A DNA stretch of 64,000 nt from Escherichia coli (lineage in GTDB: Bacteria > Pseudomonadota > Gammaproteobacteria > Enterobacterales > Enterobacteriaceae): NCBI RefSeq assembly GCF_044324875.1, contig NZ_CP172185.1, one strand, 5' to 3'. Within the stretch, counting starts at the first letter, position 1; every line of letters starts with the position of its first letter. The notes under the pieces are model-generated. The model was not told the DNA's origin and did not search any database. It saw nothing but the letters and a program-made list of their open reading frames with translations. Below, one piece after another: positions 24,116-38,056 of this stretch. A program made the translations under genes and the position numbers.

Positions 24116-24712
24116 TTACTGCAACTGTGCGGCAATTAGCGGCCAGCGGGCGTCAAAATCATCCGTCGGGCGGTATTTAAACTCGCTGCGGACAAAGCGT
24201 GACAGCATACCTTCACAGAAGGCCAGGATCTGGCTTGCCAGCAGGGTTTCATCGGTGGTGTAACCTTCACCCTCACGCATTCTCTTTTCGCGCAATACCT
24301 GACGCAACTGCGCTTCAATACGCTCGAACAGCTGGTTGATGCGCCCTTGCAGGCGATCCTGTTCAAACATTAGTGCATGACCAGTGAGGATGCGAGTCAG
24401 GCCAGGATTACGCTCACCAAAACCGAGAAGCAGCAACACAATCAGACGCAGGCGCGCTGTGGTGTCCTTCTCATCTTTCAGAATCAGATTGATGCGAGTA
24501 ATCAGGCTATCTTCGATAAACTCAATCAGGCTATCGAACATGCGGGTCTTACTGGGGAAGTGGCGATACAGTGCCGCTTCGGAAACGCCGACAGAGGCGG
24601 CCAGTTTTGCCGTCGTGATACGTTGGCTTCCATCGCTGGATTCCAGCATCAGCGCCAGAGACTGAAGTATTTCCTCGCGACGGTTCCTTTTCGCAGTTTG
24701 TTTTTCTGCCAT
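24116..24712 (-). CDS. slmA: nucleoid occlusion factor SlmA (TetR family)
   Basis: ORF track 24116-24754; start at [16 protein letters not shown] giving 198 aa. Confidence 0.85.
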
Positions 24713-24818
24713 GTTACAAAATACCCCTGAAAATAAGCACTTGCCAGGCGGCACCCACGCTATGACCGCAAACGAAATGTTTGCGGCTATGTTATGACGT
24801 TATTCGGATGCGTATGTG

Positions 24819-25274
24819 TTACTGACGACCAGAGTGACCAAAGCCGCCTTCACCGCGGTCGGTGGCGTCGAAATCTTCCACCAGATTAAATTCAGCCTGT
24901 ACTACCGGAACAAAAATCATCTGGGCGATGCGTTCACCAGGTTGAATGGTGAAGCTGTCCTGACCACGGTTCCACACGGAAATCATTAACTGGCCCTGAT
25001 AGTCGGAATCGATCAATCCTACCAGGTTACCAAGCACGATACCGTGCTTATGTCCCAATCCGGAGCGCGGCAGCATCATTGCCGCCAGTGAAGGATCGGC
25101 AATATGAATCGCCAGCCCGGTCGGAACCAGCGTAGTGTCACCCGGAGCCAGTTCTACGGCGTCGTCGAGACAGGCACGCAGGTCAAGTCCGGCAGAGCCA
25201 GAGGTGGCATAAGTCGGGAGCGGAAATTCCTTCCCAACGCGCGGGTCCAGAATCTTAACGTCGATTTTTTTCAT
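24819..25274 (-). CDS. dut: dUTP diphosphatase
   Basis: ORF track 24819-25277 (two tandem ATG); [14 protein letters not shown]. Confidence 0.9.
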
Positions 25275-26475
25275 CATAACGGGTCACGATCTCGTCGAGT
25301 AATAATTGGCCAAGGAGCTCTTTGCGCTCAAGCGGTAAGACTTTATCTCCGTCCTGCCAGAAAAGGTGTAATGCGTTGTTGTCGCTGTTAAATCCTTGAG
25401 TTGGCTGGGAAACATCGTTCGCGCAGATCAGATCAAGGTTTTTACGGATACGTTTTTGCCGGGCGTATTCTTCCACATTATTTGTTTCGGCGGCAAATCC
25501 AACGACGTAGGGTCGATGGTCTTTTAGTGCGGCAACGCCTGCGACGATATCGGGGTTTTTAACCATTTTTATTGTTAATTCATCACCCTGCGTGGCCTGC
25601 TTTTTGATTTTTTCTGGGGCCACGGTAGCTGCGCGATAATCCGCCACGGCGGCGCAACCGATAAAAATATTTTGCTGCTGTACAGAAGCATTCACGGCGG
25701 CTTCCATTTCCAGCGCGGTCATCACATCAACACGTTTAACAAACGGTGGCGTCGGTAGTGAAACTGGACCTGATACCAGCGTGACGTTCGCGCCACGACG
25801 GGCAGCAGCGGCGGCGATAGCAAAACCCATCTTGCCGGAGCTGTGATTAGAGATATAACGCACCGGATCGAGCGGTTCACGCGTCGGGCCGGCGGTAATC
25901 ATAATGTTCAGATGTTTCAGGTCGTTGACGGGCGAAAAATGCGCTACTGCCATATCCACAATGGTTAACGGATCGAGCATTCGCCCAGGACCGATATCAC
26001 CACAAGCCTGACTGCCACTGTCTGGCCCCCAGATGAGCAAACCACGGGAAGCAAGCACCTCTAAATTATGCTGCGTGGCAGCGGCACGGTACATCTGCTG
26101 GTTCATGGCGGGGAGCACGGCTACAGGCGCAGGTGTAGCCAGACAAATCGTCGATACCAGGTCATTCGCCATTCCGGCAGCAACACGGGCAATCAAATCT
26201 GCCGTGGCAGGGGCGAGAATCACTAAATCAGCCCATTTACCCAGCTCAATATGGCCCATAGCGGCTTCGGCTGCCGGGTCCAGCAAACTGTCGGAAACGG
26301 GATAACCAGAAACCGCCTGCAAGCTAAGTGGGGTGATAAAGGCTTTTGCCGCTTCGGTCATGGCTACGCGGACGTCGGCCCCGCGATCGCGCAAACGACG
26401 CACCAGTTCAGGGGTTTTATAGGCAGCAATACCGCCGCTGACGCCGAGAACGATTTTTTTACCGGCCAGGCTCAT
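25255..26475 (-). CDS. coaBC: bifunctional phosphopantothenoylcysteine decarboxylase / phosphopantothenate-cysteine ligase
   Basis: ORF track 25255-26547; start at [20 protein letters not shown] giving 406 aa; 3' end overlaps dut start by 20 nt. Confidence 0.9.
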
Positions 26476-26640
26476 GATGATTTTTCCTGTTTGGTGACAC
26501 CAGAAGTTGGCGATTTTATCACAATACTTTTGTTGTCGTGCCTTCACCTGAGAATCACTTTGCGAGGCGCTTTCCAGGATTGAAAACTGGCCGTCGATTT
26601 AACGGAACGGCTATGACAGGATGCGAGCACCACAAAGGAG

Positions 26641-27315
26641 GTGAAGGTGAAAAACAATTCACAGCTGTTGATGCCGCGCGAAAAAATGCTGAAGTTTGGT
26701 ATTAGCGCCTTAACGGATGTCGAGCTGCTGGCGCTATTTCTGCGTACCGGAACGCGCGGTAAAGATGTATTAACCCTGGCAAAAGAGATGCTGGAGAATT
26801 TCGGCTCTCTTTATGGCTTGTTAACCTCTGAATATGAACAATTTAGTGGCGTTCATGGAATTGGCGTGGCGAAATTTGCCCAGTTAAAGGGGATTGCTGA
26901 ACTGGCGCGGCGTTACTACAACGTGCGGATGCGTGAAGAAAGCCCTTTACTCAGCCCGGAGATGACGAGGGAATTTTTACAAAGCCAGCTCACGGGTGAG
27001 GAGCGGGAGATCTTTATGGTGATCTTTCTCGACTCCCAACACCGGGTTATAACGCATAGCCGCCTTTTTTCCGGCACGCTAAACCATGTTGAAGTCCATC
27101 CTCGGGAAATTATCCGCGAAGCGATAAAAATAAATGCCTCGGCGCTGATCCTTGCACATAATCACCCTTCGGGTTGTGCTGAACCCAGTAAAGCGGATAA
27201 ACTCATTACTGAACGGATAATAAAGAGTTGTCAGTTCATGGATTTACGCGTGCTCGACCATATCGTGATTGGGCGTGGAGAGTATGTTTCTTTTGCCGAA
27301 CGCGGCTGGATTTAA
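26641..27315 (+). CDS. yicR: UPF0758/RadC-like JAB-domain protein YicR
   Basis: 224-aa ORF (GTG start in track) with C-terminal HNHPSG JAMM-like motif; exact start uncertain. Confidence 0.8.
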   Translation: MKVKNNSQLLMPREKMLKFGISALTDVELLALFLRTGTRGKDVLTLAKEMLENFGSLYGLLTSEYEQFSGVHGIGVAKFAQLKGIAELARRYYNVRMREESPLLSPEMTREFLQSQLTGEEREIFMVIFLDSQHRVITHSRLFSGTLNHVEVHPREIIREAIKINASALILAHNHPSGCAEPSKADKLITERIIKSCQFMDLRVLDHIVIGRGEYVSFAERGWI

Positions 27316-27510
27316 CCCGCTATGCGCGATCCTTCGGGATCTTTGTCTGTTCGGGACTTGAGCACATCGCTGAGTCAGCGTATACTACGCCACCTTTGAG
27401 AATCTCGGGTTTGGCATTTGGGCCTGGCAATCGAGAGTTCACATAGAACTGCGATGACCGGGCTGTAAAGCCTGACGAGGCGCCAATACCCCATACGAAG
27501 CTCGAGCTAA

Positions 27511-27768
<258 letters not shown>

Positions 27769-27785
27769 GTACTTAGAGGAAATAA

Positions 27786-27956
<171 letters not shown>

Positions 27957-27980
27957 TTCTCGCTTTGATGTAACGAAAAA

Positions 27981-28002
27981 CCTCGCTCCGGCGGGGTTTT
28001 TT
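27981..28002 (+). terminator. rpmBG operon intrinsic terminator
   Basis: CCTCGC-TCCG-GCGGGG hairpin followed by TTTTTT. Confidence 0.55.
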
Positions 28003-28053
28003 GTTATCTGCTTACCCCCATATTGATTGCATCTGTTCATTCCTGGAGATGCT

Positions 28054-28863
28054 ATGCCTGAATTACCCGAAGTTGAAACCAGCCGTCGCGGCATAGAACC
28101 GCATCTCGTTGGTGCAACCATTCTTCATGCGGTGGTGCGCAACGGACGCTTGCGCTGGCCGGTTTCAGAAGAGATTTACCGATTAAGTGATCAACCAGTG
28201 CTTAGCGTGCAGCGGCGGGCTAAATATCTGCTGCTGGAGCTGCCGGAGGGCTGGATTATCATTCATTTGGGGATGTCTGGCAGCCTGCGCATCCTTCCAG
28301 AAGAATTTCCCCCTGAAAAGCATGACCATGTTGATTTGGTGATGAGCAACGGTAAAGTGCTGCGCTACACCGATCCGCGCCGCTTTGGTGCCTGGCTGTG
28401 GACCAAAGAGCTGGAAGGGCATAATGTGCTGGCCCATCTTGGACCGGAGCCGCTTAGCGACGATTTCAACGGTGAGTACCTGCATCAGAAGTGCGCGAAG
28501 AAAAAAACGGCGATTAAACCGTGGCTGATGGATAACAAGCTGGTGGTAGGCGTAGGGAATATCTATGCCAGCGAATCTCTGTTTGCGGCGGGGATCCATC
28601 CGGATCGGCTGGCGTCATCACTGTCGCTGGCAGAGTGTGAATTGTTAACTCAGGTGATTAAAGCGGTGTTGCTGCGTTCGATTGAGCAGGGCGGTACAAC
28701 GCTGAAAGATTTTCTGCAAAGCGACGGTAAACCGGGCTATTTCGCTCAAGAATTGCAGGTTTACGGGCGAAAAGGCGAGCCGTGTCGGGTGTGCGGTACG
28801 CCGATTGTGGCGACTAAACATGCGCAGCGGGCAACGTTTTATTGTCGGCAGTGCCAGAAGTAA
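28054..28863 (+). CDS. mutM: formamidopyrimidine-DNA glycosylase
   Basis: ORF track 28027-28863; start at [13 protein letters not shown] (N-terminal Pro after Met removal is catalytic); C-terminal zinc finger CxxC...CxxC. Confidence 0.9.
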   Translation: MPELPEVETSRRGIEPHLVGATILHAVVRNGRLRWPVSEEIYRLSDQPVLSVQRRAKYLLLELPEGWIIIHLGMSGSLRILPEEFPPEKHDHVDLVMSNGKVLRYTDPRRFGAWLWTKELEGHNVLAHLGPEPLSDDFNGEYLHQKCAKKKTAIKPWLMDNKLVVGVGNIYASESLFAAGIHPDRLASSLSLAECELLTQVIKAVLLRSIEQGGTTLKDFLQSDGKPGYFAQELQVYGRKGEPCRVCGTPIVATKHAQRATFYCRQCQK

Positions 28864-28872
28864 TTCATGCGC

Positions 28873-28894
28873 GCCGGATGGCGTACCATCCGGC
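28873..28894. repeat. REP-like palindrome between convergent mutM and coaD
   Basis: GCCGGATGG-CGTA-CCATCCGGC perfect inverted repeat. Confidence 0.45.
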
Positions 28895-28901
28895 ATAAAC
28901 G

Positions 28902-30666
<1,765 letters not shown>

Positions 30667-31017
30667 AGTAAATAGCTGACTTATGGATGTGCTGGGGATT
30701 CTATGTATTTAGCTGTGGCTTTACCATTACTTTTCCCGTTTTTGACTTAAATAGCAATTTAGCCGCCAATTCTTGCTGAACATCTATACTTTTTTTGTAT
30801 TTTTATGCGTTTCATTGATTTCTGCAGTACGTGCAGGAAGGAATCGCAGAGCAACAGTGAAAGAATATGGTTGCTAATGATTTTATTTGATTGATTTCTT
30901 TATTGAAAATCAACAATGTGCTTAAAAATCATTCGGGTCGGATTGCCGCGAAAGAAGTGATACACTAGCGCGTCAATATCAGTGCGGTATCAGTATTCAG
31001 GTAGCTGTTGAGCCTGG

Positions 31018-31029
31018 GGCGGTAGCGTG
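31018..31029 (+). promoter_or_regulatory. ops element (RfaH recruitment site, part of JUMPstart) in waaQ operon leader
   Basis: exact GGCGGTAGCGTG in the waaA-waaQ divergent region, about 50 nt upstream of waaQ start. Confidence 0.7.
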
Positions 31030-31078
31030 CTTTTTCTGCTTCACCTTAATCGGATAATCTCAACAAAAAGAGTTACTT

Positions 31079-32137
31079 GTGGATAAGCCATTTCGAAGAA
31101 TTTTGCTCATTAAGATGCGTTTTCATGGGGATATGTTATTAACTACTCCCGTCATTAGTTCGCTGAAAAAAAATTACCCTGACGCAAAAATCGATGTGCT
31201 GCTTTATCAGGACACCATCCCGATCCTATCTGAAAATCCAGAGATTAACGCGCTCTACGGCATAAAAAATAAAAAAGCAAAAGCCGCAGAAAAAATTGCC
31301 AACTTTTTTCATCTCATCAAGGTATTACGTGCCAATAAGTATGACCTTATCGTTAATCTTACCGAACAATGGATGGTTGCTATACTGGTTCGCTTATTAA
31401 ATGCCCGTGTGAAAATTTCCCAGGATTATCATCATCGGCAGTCTGCTTTTTGGCGTAATAGTTTCACTCATTTGGTGCCGTTGCAGGGTGGAAATGTGGT
31501 GGAAAGTAACTTATCCGTGCTGACACCATTGGGACTTGATTCGTTGGTGAAGCAGACAACCATGAGTTACCCGCCTGCAAGCTGGAAACGTATGCGTCGC
31601 GAACTTGATCACGCTGGTGTTGGACAAAATTATGTGGTTATCCAACCTACGGCGCGGCAAATCTTCAAATGTTGGGACAACGCCAAGTTTTCCGCTGTGA
31701 TTGATGCCTTACATGCTCGTGGTTATGAAGTCGTTCTGACGTCCGGCCCAGATAAAGACGATCTGGCCTGCGTCAATGAAATTGCGCAGGGATGCCAGAC
31801 GCCACCAGTAACGGCGCTGGCTGGAAAGGTGACCTTCCCGGAACTTGGTGCGTTAATCGATCATGCGCAGCTGTTTATTGGCGTTGATTCCGCACCGGCG
31901 CATATTGCCGCTGCAGTTAATACGCCGCTGATATCGCTGTTTGGTGCGACAGACCATATTTTCTGGCGTCCATGGTCAAATAACATGATTCAATTCTGGG
32001 CGGGAGATTACCGGGAAATGCCAACGCGCGATCAGCGTGACCGAAATGAGATGTATCTTTCGGTTATTCCGGCGGCAGATGTCATTGCTGCTGTCGATAA
32101 ATTACTGCCCTCCTCCACGACAGGTACGTCGTTATGA
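31079..32137 (+). CDS. waaQ: LPS heptosyltransferase III
   Basis: 352-aa GT9-like ORF (GTG start in track), first gene after ops element; precise start uncertain. Confidence 0.8.
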   Translation: MDKPFRRILLIKMRFHGDMLLTTPVISSLKKNYPDAKIDVLLYQDTIPILSENPEINALYGIKNKKAKAAEKIANFFHLIKVLRANKYDLIVNLTEQWMVAILVRLLNARVKISQDYHHRQSAFWRNSFTHLVPLQGGNVVESNLSVLTPLGLDSLVKQTTMSYPPASWKRMRRELDHAGVGQNYVVIQPTARQIFKCWDNAKFSAVIDALHARGYEVVLTSGPDKDDLACVNEIAQGCQTPPVTALAGKVTFPELGALIDHAQLFIGVDSAPAHIAAAVNTPLISLFGATDHIFWRPWSNNMIQFWAGDYREMPTRDQRDRNEMYLSVIPAADVIAAVDKLLPSSTTGTSL

Positions 32138-33258
32138 TCGTTGCTTTTTGTTTATATAAATATTTTCCCTTTGGCGGTTTGCAGCGCGATTTCATGCGTA
32201 TTGCTCAGACAGTCGCCGCTCGAGGTCATCATGTTCGGGTTTATACCCAGTCGTGGGAAGGCGAATGCCCTGATGTATTTGAACTGATCAAAGTGCCGGT
32301 TAAATCGCATACCAATCACGGGCGCAATGCGGAGTATTTTGCCTGGGTGCAAAAACATTTACGCGAACATCCCGTCGATAGAGTCGTTGGATTCAACAAA
32401 ATGCCGGGGCTGGACGTTTATTATGCCGCTGATGTTTGTTATGCCGAGAAAGTAGCGCAGGAGAAAGGCTTTTTCTATCGCCTGACGTCACGTTATCGCC
32501 ATTATGCCGCCTTTGAGCGAGCAACCTTTGAACAGGGTAAGCCGACACAGCTGCTGATGCTGACAGATAAGCAAATCGCCGATTTCCAGAAACATTATCA
32601 GACTGAAGCGGAGCGTTTTCATATTCTGCCACCGGGGATTTACCCTGATCGTAAATATAGCCAGCAGCCAGCCAATAGCCGTGAAATCTTCCGTAAGAAG
32701 AATGGAATAACCGAACAGCAATATTTATTGTTGCAGGTCGGTTCAGACTTCACGCGTAAAGGTGTCGATCGCTCCATTGAAGCACTTGCTTCGTTACCGG
32801 ATTCGCTGCGCCACAACACATTGCTATATGTTGTTGGGCAGGATAAACCGCGAAAATTTGAGGCGCTGGCAGAAAAACGCGGCGTGCGCAGTAATGTTCA
32901 CTTCTTCTCGGGGCGCAATGATGTCTCGGAATTAATGGCGGCGGCGGATTTATTACTGCATCCTGCCTACCAGGAAGCGGCGGGAATTGTGCTGCTGGAA
33001 GCGATTACTGCAGGATTACCGGTACTAACAACTGCCGTTTGTGGCTATGCGCATTATATTGTCGACGCCAATTGCGGCGAGGCTATTGCTGAGCCATTCC
33101 GCCAGGAAACATTGAATGAGATTTTACGCAAAGCGTTAACGCAATTTTCATTGCGCCAGGCCTGGGCGGAAAATGCGCGACATTATGCTGATACACAAGA
33201 TTTGTACAGTCTGCCAGAGAAAGCGGCGGATATCATAACGGGTGGTCTGGATGGTTGA
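32134..33258 (+). CDS. waaG: LPS core glucosyltransferase I
   Basis: 374-aa ORF recognised as WaaG (GT4). Confidence 0.85.
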   Translation: MIVAFCLYKYFPFGGLQRDFMRIAQTVAARGHHVRVYTQSWEGECPDVFELIKVPVKSHTNHGRNAEYFAWVQKHLREHPVDRVVGFNKMPGLDVYYAADVCYAEKVAQEKGFFYRLTSRYRHYAAFERATFEQGKPTQLLMLTDKQIADFQKHYQTEAERFHILPPGIYPDRKYSQQPANSREIFRKKNGITEQQYLLLQVGSDFTRKGVDRSIEALASLPDSLRHNTLLYVVGQDKPRKFEALAEKRGVRSNVHFFSGRNDVSELMAAADLLLHPAYQEAAGIVLLEAITAGLPVLTTAVCGYAHYIVDANCGEAIAEPFRQETLNEILRKALTQFSLRQAWAENARHYADTQDLYSLPEKAADIITGGLDG

Positions 33259-34048
33259 ACTTAAAGAGCCGTTTGCCACGTTATGGCGCGGAAAAGATCC
33301 TTTTGAGGAAGTTAAAACTTTGCAGGGTGAGGTATTTCGTGAACTGGAAACTCGCCGTACTCTGCGCTTTGAAATGGCGGGCAAAAGCTATTTTCTCAAA
33401 TGGCATCGCGGCACGACCCTGAAAGAGATAATCAAAAATTTACTCTCATTGCGGATGCCAGTATTAGGCGCAGACCGCGAATGGAATGCGATTCATCGAC
33501 TGCGGGATGTCGGCGTTGATACTATGTATGGGGTGGCATTCGGCGAAAAAGGCATTAATCCGCTGACCAGAACCTCGTTTATTATAACCGAAGATCTGAC
33601 ACCAACCATCAGTCTGGAAGATTACTGTGCTGACTGGGCGACTAACCCTCCAGATGTTCGCGTAAAGCGTATGCTTATTAAGCGTGTCGCGATGATGGTG
33701 CGCGATATGCATGCTGCGGGCATTAACCACCGTGACTGTTATATCTGTCATTTCCTGCTGCACTTGCCTTTTTCCGGTAAGGAAGAGGAGTTAAAAATTT
33801 CGGTAATTGACCTGCACCGGGCGCAGCTTCGCACGCGCGTTCCACGTCGTTGGCGCGATAAAGATCTTATTGGGCTTTATTTTTCTTCGATGAATATTGG
33901 CCTGACTCAGCGGGATATCTGGCGGTTTATGAAAGTGTATTTTGCCGCCCCGCTTAAAGACATTCTCAAGCAGGAACAAGGACTGCTGTCGCAAGCAGAA
34001 GCAAAAGCCACAAAAATCAGGGAAAGAACGATTAGAAAATCGTTGTAA
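33251..34048 (+). CDS. waaP: LPS core heptose(I) kinase
   Basis: ORF track 33242-34048; start at ATG 33251 ([14 protein letters not shown]) giving 265 aa; overlaps waaG end. Confidence 0.85.
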   Translation: MVELKEPFATLWRGKDPFEEVKTLQGEVFRELETRRTLRFEMAGKSYFLKWHRGTTLKEIIKNLLSLRMPVLGADREWNAIHRLRDVGVDTMYGVAFGEKGINPLTRTSFIITEDLTPTISLEDYCADWATNPPDVRVKRMLIKRVAMMVRDMHAAGINHRDCYICHFLLHLPFSGKEEELKISVIDLHRAQLRTRVPRRWRDKDLIGLYFSSMNIGLTQRDIWRFMKVYFAAPLKDILKQEQGLLSQAEAKATKIRERTIRKSL

Positions 34049-34090
34049 CCCGTAACTTATTTTTGCCAAAATTTTGGATACAGAATAAAT

Positions 34091-35098
34091 ATGTCTCAAC
34101 TCAATGATAGTGACATCATCCTTTTTGAGTATAACTTTCATTATCAAAATATAAGATCTAAAAATACTCTTGATATCGCATTTGGTATTGACAGAAATTT
34201 TCTTTTTGGATGTGGTGTAGCCATCGCATCTATTCTATTAAACAATAGCGAAATCTCTTGTGAATTTCATGTTTTCACAGATTATATCAGTGATAAAGAC
34301 AAGTTATATTTTTCCGATTTAGCAAAACAATATAATTCAAGAATTAATATTTATGTTATCAATTGTGATAAGCTGAAGTCATTACCAAGCACGAAAAACT
34401 GGACTTACGCTACATATTTTCGATTTATAATTGCAGATTATTTCTATAATAAACATGAAAAAATACTATACCTTGATGCAGATATTGCTTGCAAGGGTAG
34501 TATTAAAGAACTCTTAGATTATCAATTCTCTACTAATGAAATTGCCGCAGTTGTAGCTGAAAGAGATGTTGAATGGTGGCAGAATCGAGCCTCGGTATTA
34601 ACTACACCACAATTAGCTTCTGGATATTTCAATGCTGGTTTTTTGCTGATAAATATTGATGAGTGGAATCTAAATAACATTTCGTCAAAAGCTATTGAAA
34701 TGTTGCGTGACCCAGATTGGGTAAGTAAAATCACCCACCTTGATCAAGATGTACTGAATGTATTATTGAATGGTAAAGTGAAGTTTATTTCGGGGAAATA
34801 TAATACCCGATATAGTATTAACTATGAATTAAAAGACAAAGTTGATAATCCAGTCAATGATGACACCGTGTTTATACACTATGTGGGACCTACAAAACCC
34901 TGGCATGAGTGGGCTGATTATCCGGTGTCACGTAGTTTTTTGATCGCCAAAGCAGCTTCTCCGTGGTGTAAAGAAGATTTACTTAAACCTGTGAATAGCA
35001 ATCAGTATCGGTATTGTGCAAAACATAAATTTAAACAAAAGCATTATATGGCAGGCATTTTTAATTATTTAAAGTATTATAAAGAAAAATGCTTCTAA
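34091..35098 (+). CDS. waaI: LPS outer-core glycosyltransferase, GT8 family (WaaI-like)
   Basis: 335-aa AT-rich ORF with GT8 DxD motif (YLDADIACKG); position after waaP as in R3-type loci; symbol assigned by gene order, not verified. Confidence 0.55.
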   Translation: MSQLNDSDIILFEYNFHYQNIRSKNTLDIAFGIDRNFLFGCGVAIASILLNNSEISCEFHVFTDYISDKDKLYFSDLAKQYNSRINIYVINCDKLKSLPSTKNWTYATYFRFIIADYFYNKHEKILYLDADIACKGSIKELLDYQFSTNEIAAVVAERDVEWWQNRASVLTTPQLASGYFNAGFLLINIDEWNLNNISSKAIEMLRDPDWVSKITHLDQDVLNVLLNGKVKFISGKYNTRYSINYELKDKVDNPVNDDTVFIHYVGPTKPWHEWADYPVSRSFLIAKAASPWCKEDLLKPVNSNQYRYCAKHKFKQKHYMAGIFNYLKYYKEKCF

Positions 35099-35123
35099 AG
35101 ATTTAAGGTTAAAATAATTCATT

Positions 35124-35831
35124 ATGATATATAATAAAACGATAAATGGGTTGAAAGTTTTCATAAAAGATAATGATCCCTTTTATGAGCAAGTGCTGAA
35201 TGACTTTTTAACTTGCAGGGTTAAAACATTAAAAGTTTTTCGTTCTATTGATGATACTAAAGTCATTCTTATTGACACTGCTCGTGGACCTCTTGTACTT
35301 AAAGTTTATGCGCCAAAGCATAAAATGATCGAACGTTTCTTAAAATCTTGCGTAAAAAAAGATTATTATGAAAATTTAATTTATCAAACCGATCGGGTAC
35401 GTGGTGAAGGCATTCAATCAATTAATGACTATTTTTTGCTTGCTGAACGTAAAACATTAAATTTCGCGCATTATTATATTATGCTCATTGAGTATATTGA
35501 AGGTGTCGGGTTAAATGAGTATTTGGAAATTTCTGAAGATCTGAAGGAACAATTATCAGAATCGATAAAAGAGTTGCATCAGCATGGAATGGTGTCTGGC
35601 GATCCTCATAAAGGAAATTTTATAGTATCCGAAAAAGGTTTAAGACTAATTGACCTTTCAGGTAAAAAAACAACCGCAGTTTTAAAAGCAAAAGATCGCA
35701 TTGATCTTGAACGGCACTATAATATAAAAAATGAATTGAAAGACTTTGGCTATACATATCTCATATTCAAAAAGAAAATTAAAAAAGCAATCAGGGATGT
35801 AAAAGTAAAACTAGGATTGAAGAGCAAATAA
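35124..35831 (+). CDS. waaY: LPS core heptose(II) kinase WaaY-like
   Basis: 235-aa kinase-like ORF between two GT8 genes. Confidence 0.65.
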   Translation: MIYNKTINGLKVFIKDNDPFYEQVLNDFLTCRVKTLKVFRSIDDTKVILIDTARGPLVLKVYAPKHKMIERFLKSCVKKDYYENLIYQTDRVRGEGIQSINDYFLLAERKTLNFAHYYIMLIEYIEGVGLNEYLEISEDLKEQLSESIKELHQHGMVSGDPHKGNFIVSEKGLRLIDLSGKKTTAVLKAKDRIDLERHYNIKNELKDFGYTYLIFKKKIKKAIRDVKVKLGLKSK

Positions 35832-35855
35832 TGATTATGATGAAGGGTAATTAAA

Positions 35856-36869
35856 TTGGATTTTAAACATCTTACTCAATTTAAAGATATAATTGAACTG
35901 GACAAGCGCCCCGTTAAACTTGATGAACGGGAAACGTTTAATGTCTCATGGGGTATTGATGAGAACTACCAGGTTGGGGCTGCGATTTCAATTGCTTCAA
36001 TTCTTGAAAATAATAAACAAAACAAATTTACCTTTCACATAATCGCTGATTACTTAGACAAAGAGTATATTGAATTATTATCACAATTAGCAACGAAGTA
36101 TCAAACAGTAATTAAATTATATCATATTGATTCTGAGCCATTGAAGGCGCTACCTCAATCAAATATCTGGCCAGTATCTATTTATTATCGTTTGCTTTCA
36201 TTTGATTATTTTTCTGCGCGATTGGATTCATTATTATATCTTGATGCTGATATCGTCTGTAAGGGTTCATTGAACGAGTTAATAGCATTAGAGTTTAAAG
36301 ATGAATATGGGGCTGTGGTAATTGATGTAGATGCTATGCAAAGTAAAAGCGCTGAGCGTTTATGTAATGAGGATTTTAACGGTAGCTATTTTAACTCTGG
36401 TGTAATGTATATTAATTTACGGGAATGGTTACAACAAAGACTAACGGAGAAATTTTTTGATCTATTATCAGATGAGTCAATTATCAAAAAATTAAAGTAT
36501 CCGGATCAAGATATTTTAAACTTAATGTTTTTACATCATGCTAAAATATTACCGAGAAAATATAATTGTATTTATACTATAAAGTCAGAATTTGAAGAAA
36601 AAAATAGTGAATATTACACCCAGTTTATTAATGATGAAACTGTCTTCATACATTATACTGGTGTAACTAAGCCATGGCATGATTGGGCGGACTACGCATC
36701 TGCAGATTATTTTCGTAATATTTATAATATATCTCCATGGAGAAATATACCTTATAAAAAAGCTGTTAAAAAACATGAGTACAAAGAAAAATATAAACAC
36801 TTGCTTTACCAGAAAAAATTTCTCAATGGTGTTTTTACAGCAATTAAATATAATGTTATGAAAGGTTAA
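35856..36869 (+). CDS. waaJ: LPS outer-core glycosyltransferase, GT8 family (WaaJ-like)
   Basis: 337-aa AT-rich ORF with YLDADIVCKG motif; symbol by order. Confidence 0.55.
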   Translation: MDFKHLTQFKDIIELDKRPVKLDERETFNVSWGIDENYQVGAAISIASILENNKQNKFTFHIIADYLDKEYIELLSQLATKYQTVIKLYHIDSEPLKALPQSNIWPVSIYYRLLSFDYFSARLDSLLYLDADIVCKGSLNELIALEFKDEYGAVVIDVDAMQSKSAERLCNEDFNGSYFNSGVMYINLREWLQQRLTEKFFDLLSDESIIKKLKYPDQDILNLMFLHHAKILPRKYNCIYTIKSEFEEKNSEYYTQFINDETVFIHYTGVTKPWHDWADYASADYFRNIYNISPWRNIPYKKAVKKHEYKEKYKHLLYQKKFLNGVFTAIKYNVMKG

Positions 36870-36877
36870 TATTCGAG

Positions 36878-38020
36878 ATGGTTGATAAAATAATATTTAC
36901 AGTTACTCCTATTTTTTCAATTCCTCCCCGCGGAGCGGCCGCTGTTGAAACGTGGATGTATCAGGTTGCTCAGCGTACCAATTTCCCAAATCGCATTGTT
37001 TGTATCAAGAATCCAGGATACTCAAATTACACCTTTGTTAATGATAATTGTAGTATTCATAGGGTTGGATTCAGTCGCATATATAAGCGGTTATTTCAAA
37101 AATGGACAAGACTTGATCCTCTACCATATTCACAGAGAATATTGAATATTGCCCATGATTTTCCTATAACGAAAGAAAGTGTTATTGTAGTTCATAATAG
37201 CATGAAGCTATACACTCAAATTCGTAAGCGAGCTCCTCAGGCAAGAGTGGTTATTCATATGCATAATGCATTTGAACCAAAATTGCTTGAGCAAAATGTT
37301 AAAATGATAGTGCCTAGTTTATACTTGAAAAAGTATTACCAATCTTATTTAGCAAATGCAGATATTGAGATTGTACCAAATGGAATTGATTTAGAAACCT
37401 ATCAATCTACTTTTCAGCCGATCACTAGAAGCGAACTTAATATCTCCCCTGAAGAGAAAATTATTTTTTATGCTGGGCGTATCGTCCCTGACAAAGGCAT
37501 ATTACTGTTGATGCAATCATTCGAAAAATTGGCCGTTGCTCACAAAAATTTAAAATTAGTTGTGATTGGTGATTATACAGAAATGAGTAAAAGTGACAAA
37601 GGTGCATATCAACACAATGTCAGGGAAATTGCAAAACGTTTGAAGGATCGTTGCATTATGTTAGGAAGCATACCGCCTGAAAAGATGCATTGTTATTACC
37701 CACTGGCAGATTTAGTTGTCATTCCTTCCCAGTTCCAGGAACCATTTTGCATGGTGGCAATTGAAGCTATGGGGGCTGGTAAGCCTGTTTTAGTGAGTAC
37801 GCGTGGGGGGATGACGGAATTTGTCAAAGAAAATACTACGGGATTCCATTTAAAAGAACCTATGACTGCAGACTCCATAAGCAGCGATATTTTAAAAACG
37901 TTAGCGAATCCTGAATTAACAGCAGTTGCAAAGCAAGGTCAGGATTTTGTGTTTGATCACTACAGTTGGGATGGCGTAACTCAAAGATTCGAAGAGGTCA
38001 TTCATAATTGGTTTGAATAA
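36878..38020 (+). CDS. waaD: LPS outer-core glycosyltransferase, GT4-like (WaaD-like)
   Basis: 380-aa ORF with EX7E motif (EPFCMVAIE) of retaining GT-B glycosyltransferases; last gene of waaQ operon before convergent waaL; symbol tentative. Confidence 0.45.
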   Translation: MVDKIIFTVTPIFSIPPRGAAAVETWMYQVAQRTNFPNRIVCIKNPGYSNYTFVNDNCSIHRVGFSRIYKRLFQKWTRLDPLPYSQRILNIAHDFPITKESVIVVHNSMKLYTQIRKRAPQARVVIHMHNAFEPKLLEQNVKMIVPSLYLKKYYQSYLANADIEIVPNGIDLETYQSTFQPITRSELNISPEEKIIFYAGRIVPDKGILLLMQSFEKLAVAHKNLKLVVIGDYTEMSKSDKGAYQHNVREIAKRLKDRCIMLGSIPPEKMHCYYPLADLVVIPSQFQEPFCMVAIEAMGAGKPVLVSTRGGMTEFVKENTTGFHLKEPMTADSISSDILKTLANPELTAVAKQGQDFVFDHYSWDGVTQRFEEVIHNWFE

Positions 38021-38022
38021 AT

Positions 38023-38049
38023 AAAAAGGCCGCATTATGCAGCCTTTTT
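38023..38049. terminator. bidirectional terminator hairpin between convergent waaD-like gene and waaL
   Basis: AAAAAGGC-c-GCATtATGC-a-GCCTTTTT palindrome with A-run on one side and T-run on the other. Confidence 0.5.
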
Positions 38050-38056
38050 TATTTTT

